DNA of 64,000 nt from Takakia lepidozioides (lineage: Eukaryota; Plantae; Bryophyta), in assembly GCA_030704615.1 (NCBI GenBank), contig CM060733.1:50654001-50718000 (forward strand), given 5' to 3'. This document shows positions 61,901-64,000 of the stretch, piece after piece. The notes below the pieces were generated by a model that searched no databases, was not told the origin of the DNA, and worked only from the letters and a program-made list of their open reading frames with translations. The translations under genes were made by a program, and so were the position numbers. Each line of letters starts with the position of its first letter. Position 1 is the stretch's first letter.

Positions 61901-64000
61901 CTGTTGATCTACCCGATATACTTTCATTGAGGACAGTCATTAACTCAGAAAGCGGGACAGAGTGAGAGAGATGGTGTTTGAACTGCAGCATGGTGATCAG
62001 GGTGGTGTGTTGCACAGTATACAGAGCCATCTTCAGTCCTCTGATCATCTTTCTGGCTTGGTGAGTTGGTTTATTGCTTCTGACTTGGGGGACCCACAGG
62101 ATGACAAAACCATAGCTCACCCCACTGTCAACTTGCTCACATCTACGATCAAGGTGGACGCAGAGCAGACAGACCTCCGATTCTGCTTCCGCATTATCTC
62201 TCCAAACAAGAATTACACTCTTCAGGTACCCCCTCCATCTTTCCTTATTCGTGGAATGATAAATCCCTTGATGCAACAGGAAGTTGTTGGGATGTGGATA
62301 TAAAGCATGCTTGCAATGCATGTGCAGGCTGAAAACGCAATTGATAGGATGGATTGGATGGACAAGATAACCGGCGTTATTGCATCTCTCCTAAATAGTC
62401 AAGTCCCAGACCAGGTAAGACGGATTAAAGGGAAAACAGGATGCAATTATGCTGGTATTACATGTATTCAGTTGAACAAACCTCGTTCATTTCTACATCA
62501 CTTGCTGGTGTTTCAAGTACCTAGGGGATGTGCCTGGTATAATTACAAATATGATACATGTAATATCTTGTAGTTACCATAGTTTTTATATGCCAAGGAG
62601 TGTGAGGGATTGGACATTCAAGTTCATGAAACATGTGCAATTTTGGTGCTCAACAAACTAAGCTGGAAAGAGAGAAGTACTTCATTTACATGGCAGTGCA
62701 GAACACAATTGGCAATCGTACGTAATGAAAATTGAGATGCTCCCATTGACCATCCCTGTGAAGCCTTATGAATGTTGTTGATGCAACTGGTTGGCAGAGG
62801 CCTTATCGAAGTCCAATGAGTGGGGGTCACCATCGGACAGTTAGTGAGAGCAGTATGTTTAGTGCAGCATCTTCGGACCTGGACACTGTGGAGGACACAG
62901 CAGTATCAAGAGGTTACTTTAGTAGTTCACATCGTGACCGTGGATCTGGAGGTGGATTACATTCTCAGAATTCATATGAACAGCAAGACAGGCCATTGGA
63001 CGTACTGCGACGGGTTGTAGGGAATGATGTGTGCGCTGATTGCAGTGCCGCGGAGCCCGATTGGGCTTCATTGAATCTGGGTGTCTTGCTTTGCATCGAG
63101 TGCTCAGGGGTGCATAGAAATCTTGGGGTTCATGTTTCTAAGGTATGTAGCAGTAGCAATCTTGTAGTTTCTTAGAGGTCTGACGGAGTACTAAAAAAAA
63201 GCAGCTCTCTCGGAATATCGAGAAACCAATAATATATCAGAACACAGTTGAGCGATTTTTCATTGATGTGCTGCTGTGCCAGAATAGCTATGCTGAACAA
63301 TGCTCGCCAAATTGCAAGCTGGTATTGCCACAGCTTGGAAGTTACTGGCAATCTTTATGCTAAGAAATGTTTTTTGTTTGTTTCACTGACTGAAATGGAT
63401 AATGATTAAATGCTTAAATGCATGTTTACCCATGGTATTCTCGATTCTGCCATCAAGAAAGTGTGTTTGTGTGCCGCATAAACAAAACCAGAAGTTGCTC
63501 AAAGTGTTGAGCTAATTTTTCCTTCCTTTATATCAAACATGTGTGACTTGCCTTGGTTTAACCCACAAACAAACCTTTTCTGGATCACAAAGCAATTGTC
63601 TGTGACTTGGACAATTTTAGGTGGTGGATTATGGTAGTCTTCCTGACTGTTTCTACTAGCTAGGATTTTTTTGCTAGCTGCCTACTAGGTGTTTTTCTTA
63701 ATTTTAGGATCCGTGAACTGGCTTGGTTTGGCTGGCAGGTGAGATCATTGACCCTGGATGTAAGGGTGTGGGAGCCGTCTGTCATTGGATATTTCCAGGC
63801 CATTGGAAATACATGTGCCAATTCAATTTGGGAGGGGCTTCTTCCAACAGAGGGCTGGACAAGAAGTTTTCCCTTCGGAGCAGCAAGCAACAGGTATTTG
63901 TGAATCTGAAGTTCGCTTACTATTACTCGGGCATTCCCTCATGGTCAGCACTTGGGTATTGTATGCTGATGGTGTTTTGTGAATGAACTGTTTTCAGTGG
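55984..64000 (+). CDS. AGD3: ACAP-type ARF-GAP (BAR-PH-ArfGAP[-ANK]; AGD1-4/VAN3/SFC family), 3' end beyond window
   Basis: Exons from [15 protein letters not shown] (55984-56028) through the BAR exons ([47 protein letters not shown]), PH ([27 protein letters not shown], 61628-61760) and ArfGAP ([34 protein letters not shown], to 63142). Exact ortholog within AGD1-4 not determined. Confidence 0.93.

Overview
Eukaryotic nuclear DNA from a land plant, probably non-seed (bryophyte/lycophyte/fern-like). The window is intron-rich and has a 500-N gap at 29287-29786. The left 13 kb is one large Mutator-like (MULE) DNA transposon whose left end lies outside the window. It carries two divergent genes. 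One is a spliced GCM/WRKY-like zinc finger + MULE DDE + SWIM transposase (+ strand). The other is a 9-exon gene (- strand) that the ORF track shows only as fragments; once spliced it encodes a ParB/Srx-like domain fused to a beta-class amino-(N4C/N6A) DNA methyltransferase-like domain. The element's large intron, intergenic spacer and 3' region hold arrays of one palindrome, GGAAATTCGGCGCCGAATTTCC. Most spacings are 53, 63-64, 74, 84-85 or 94-96 bp, i.e. whole helical turns. A ~215-bp-arm inverted repeat lies between the two genes. A decayed related element sits at ~16.4-23 kb, and a third terminus-like relic at ~49.6 kb. The rest holds nested CACTA, SINE, LINE and gag relics, one intact PLS-DYW PPR RNA-editing factor plus two PPR pseudo-fragments, a TAAC-like mitochondrial-carrier-family gene apparently lacking one exon, and an ACAP-type ARF-GAP gene running off the right edge. 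All calls come from manual reading and translation; no database searches were run.
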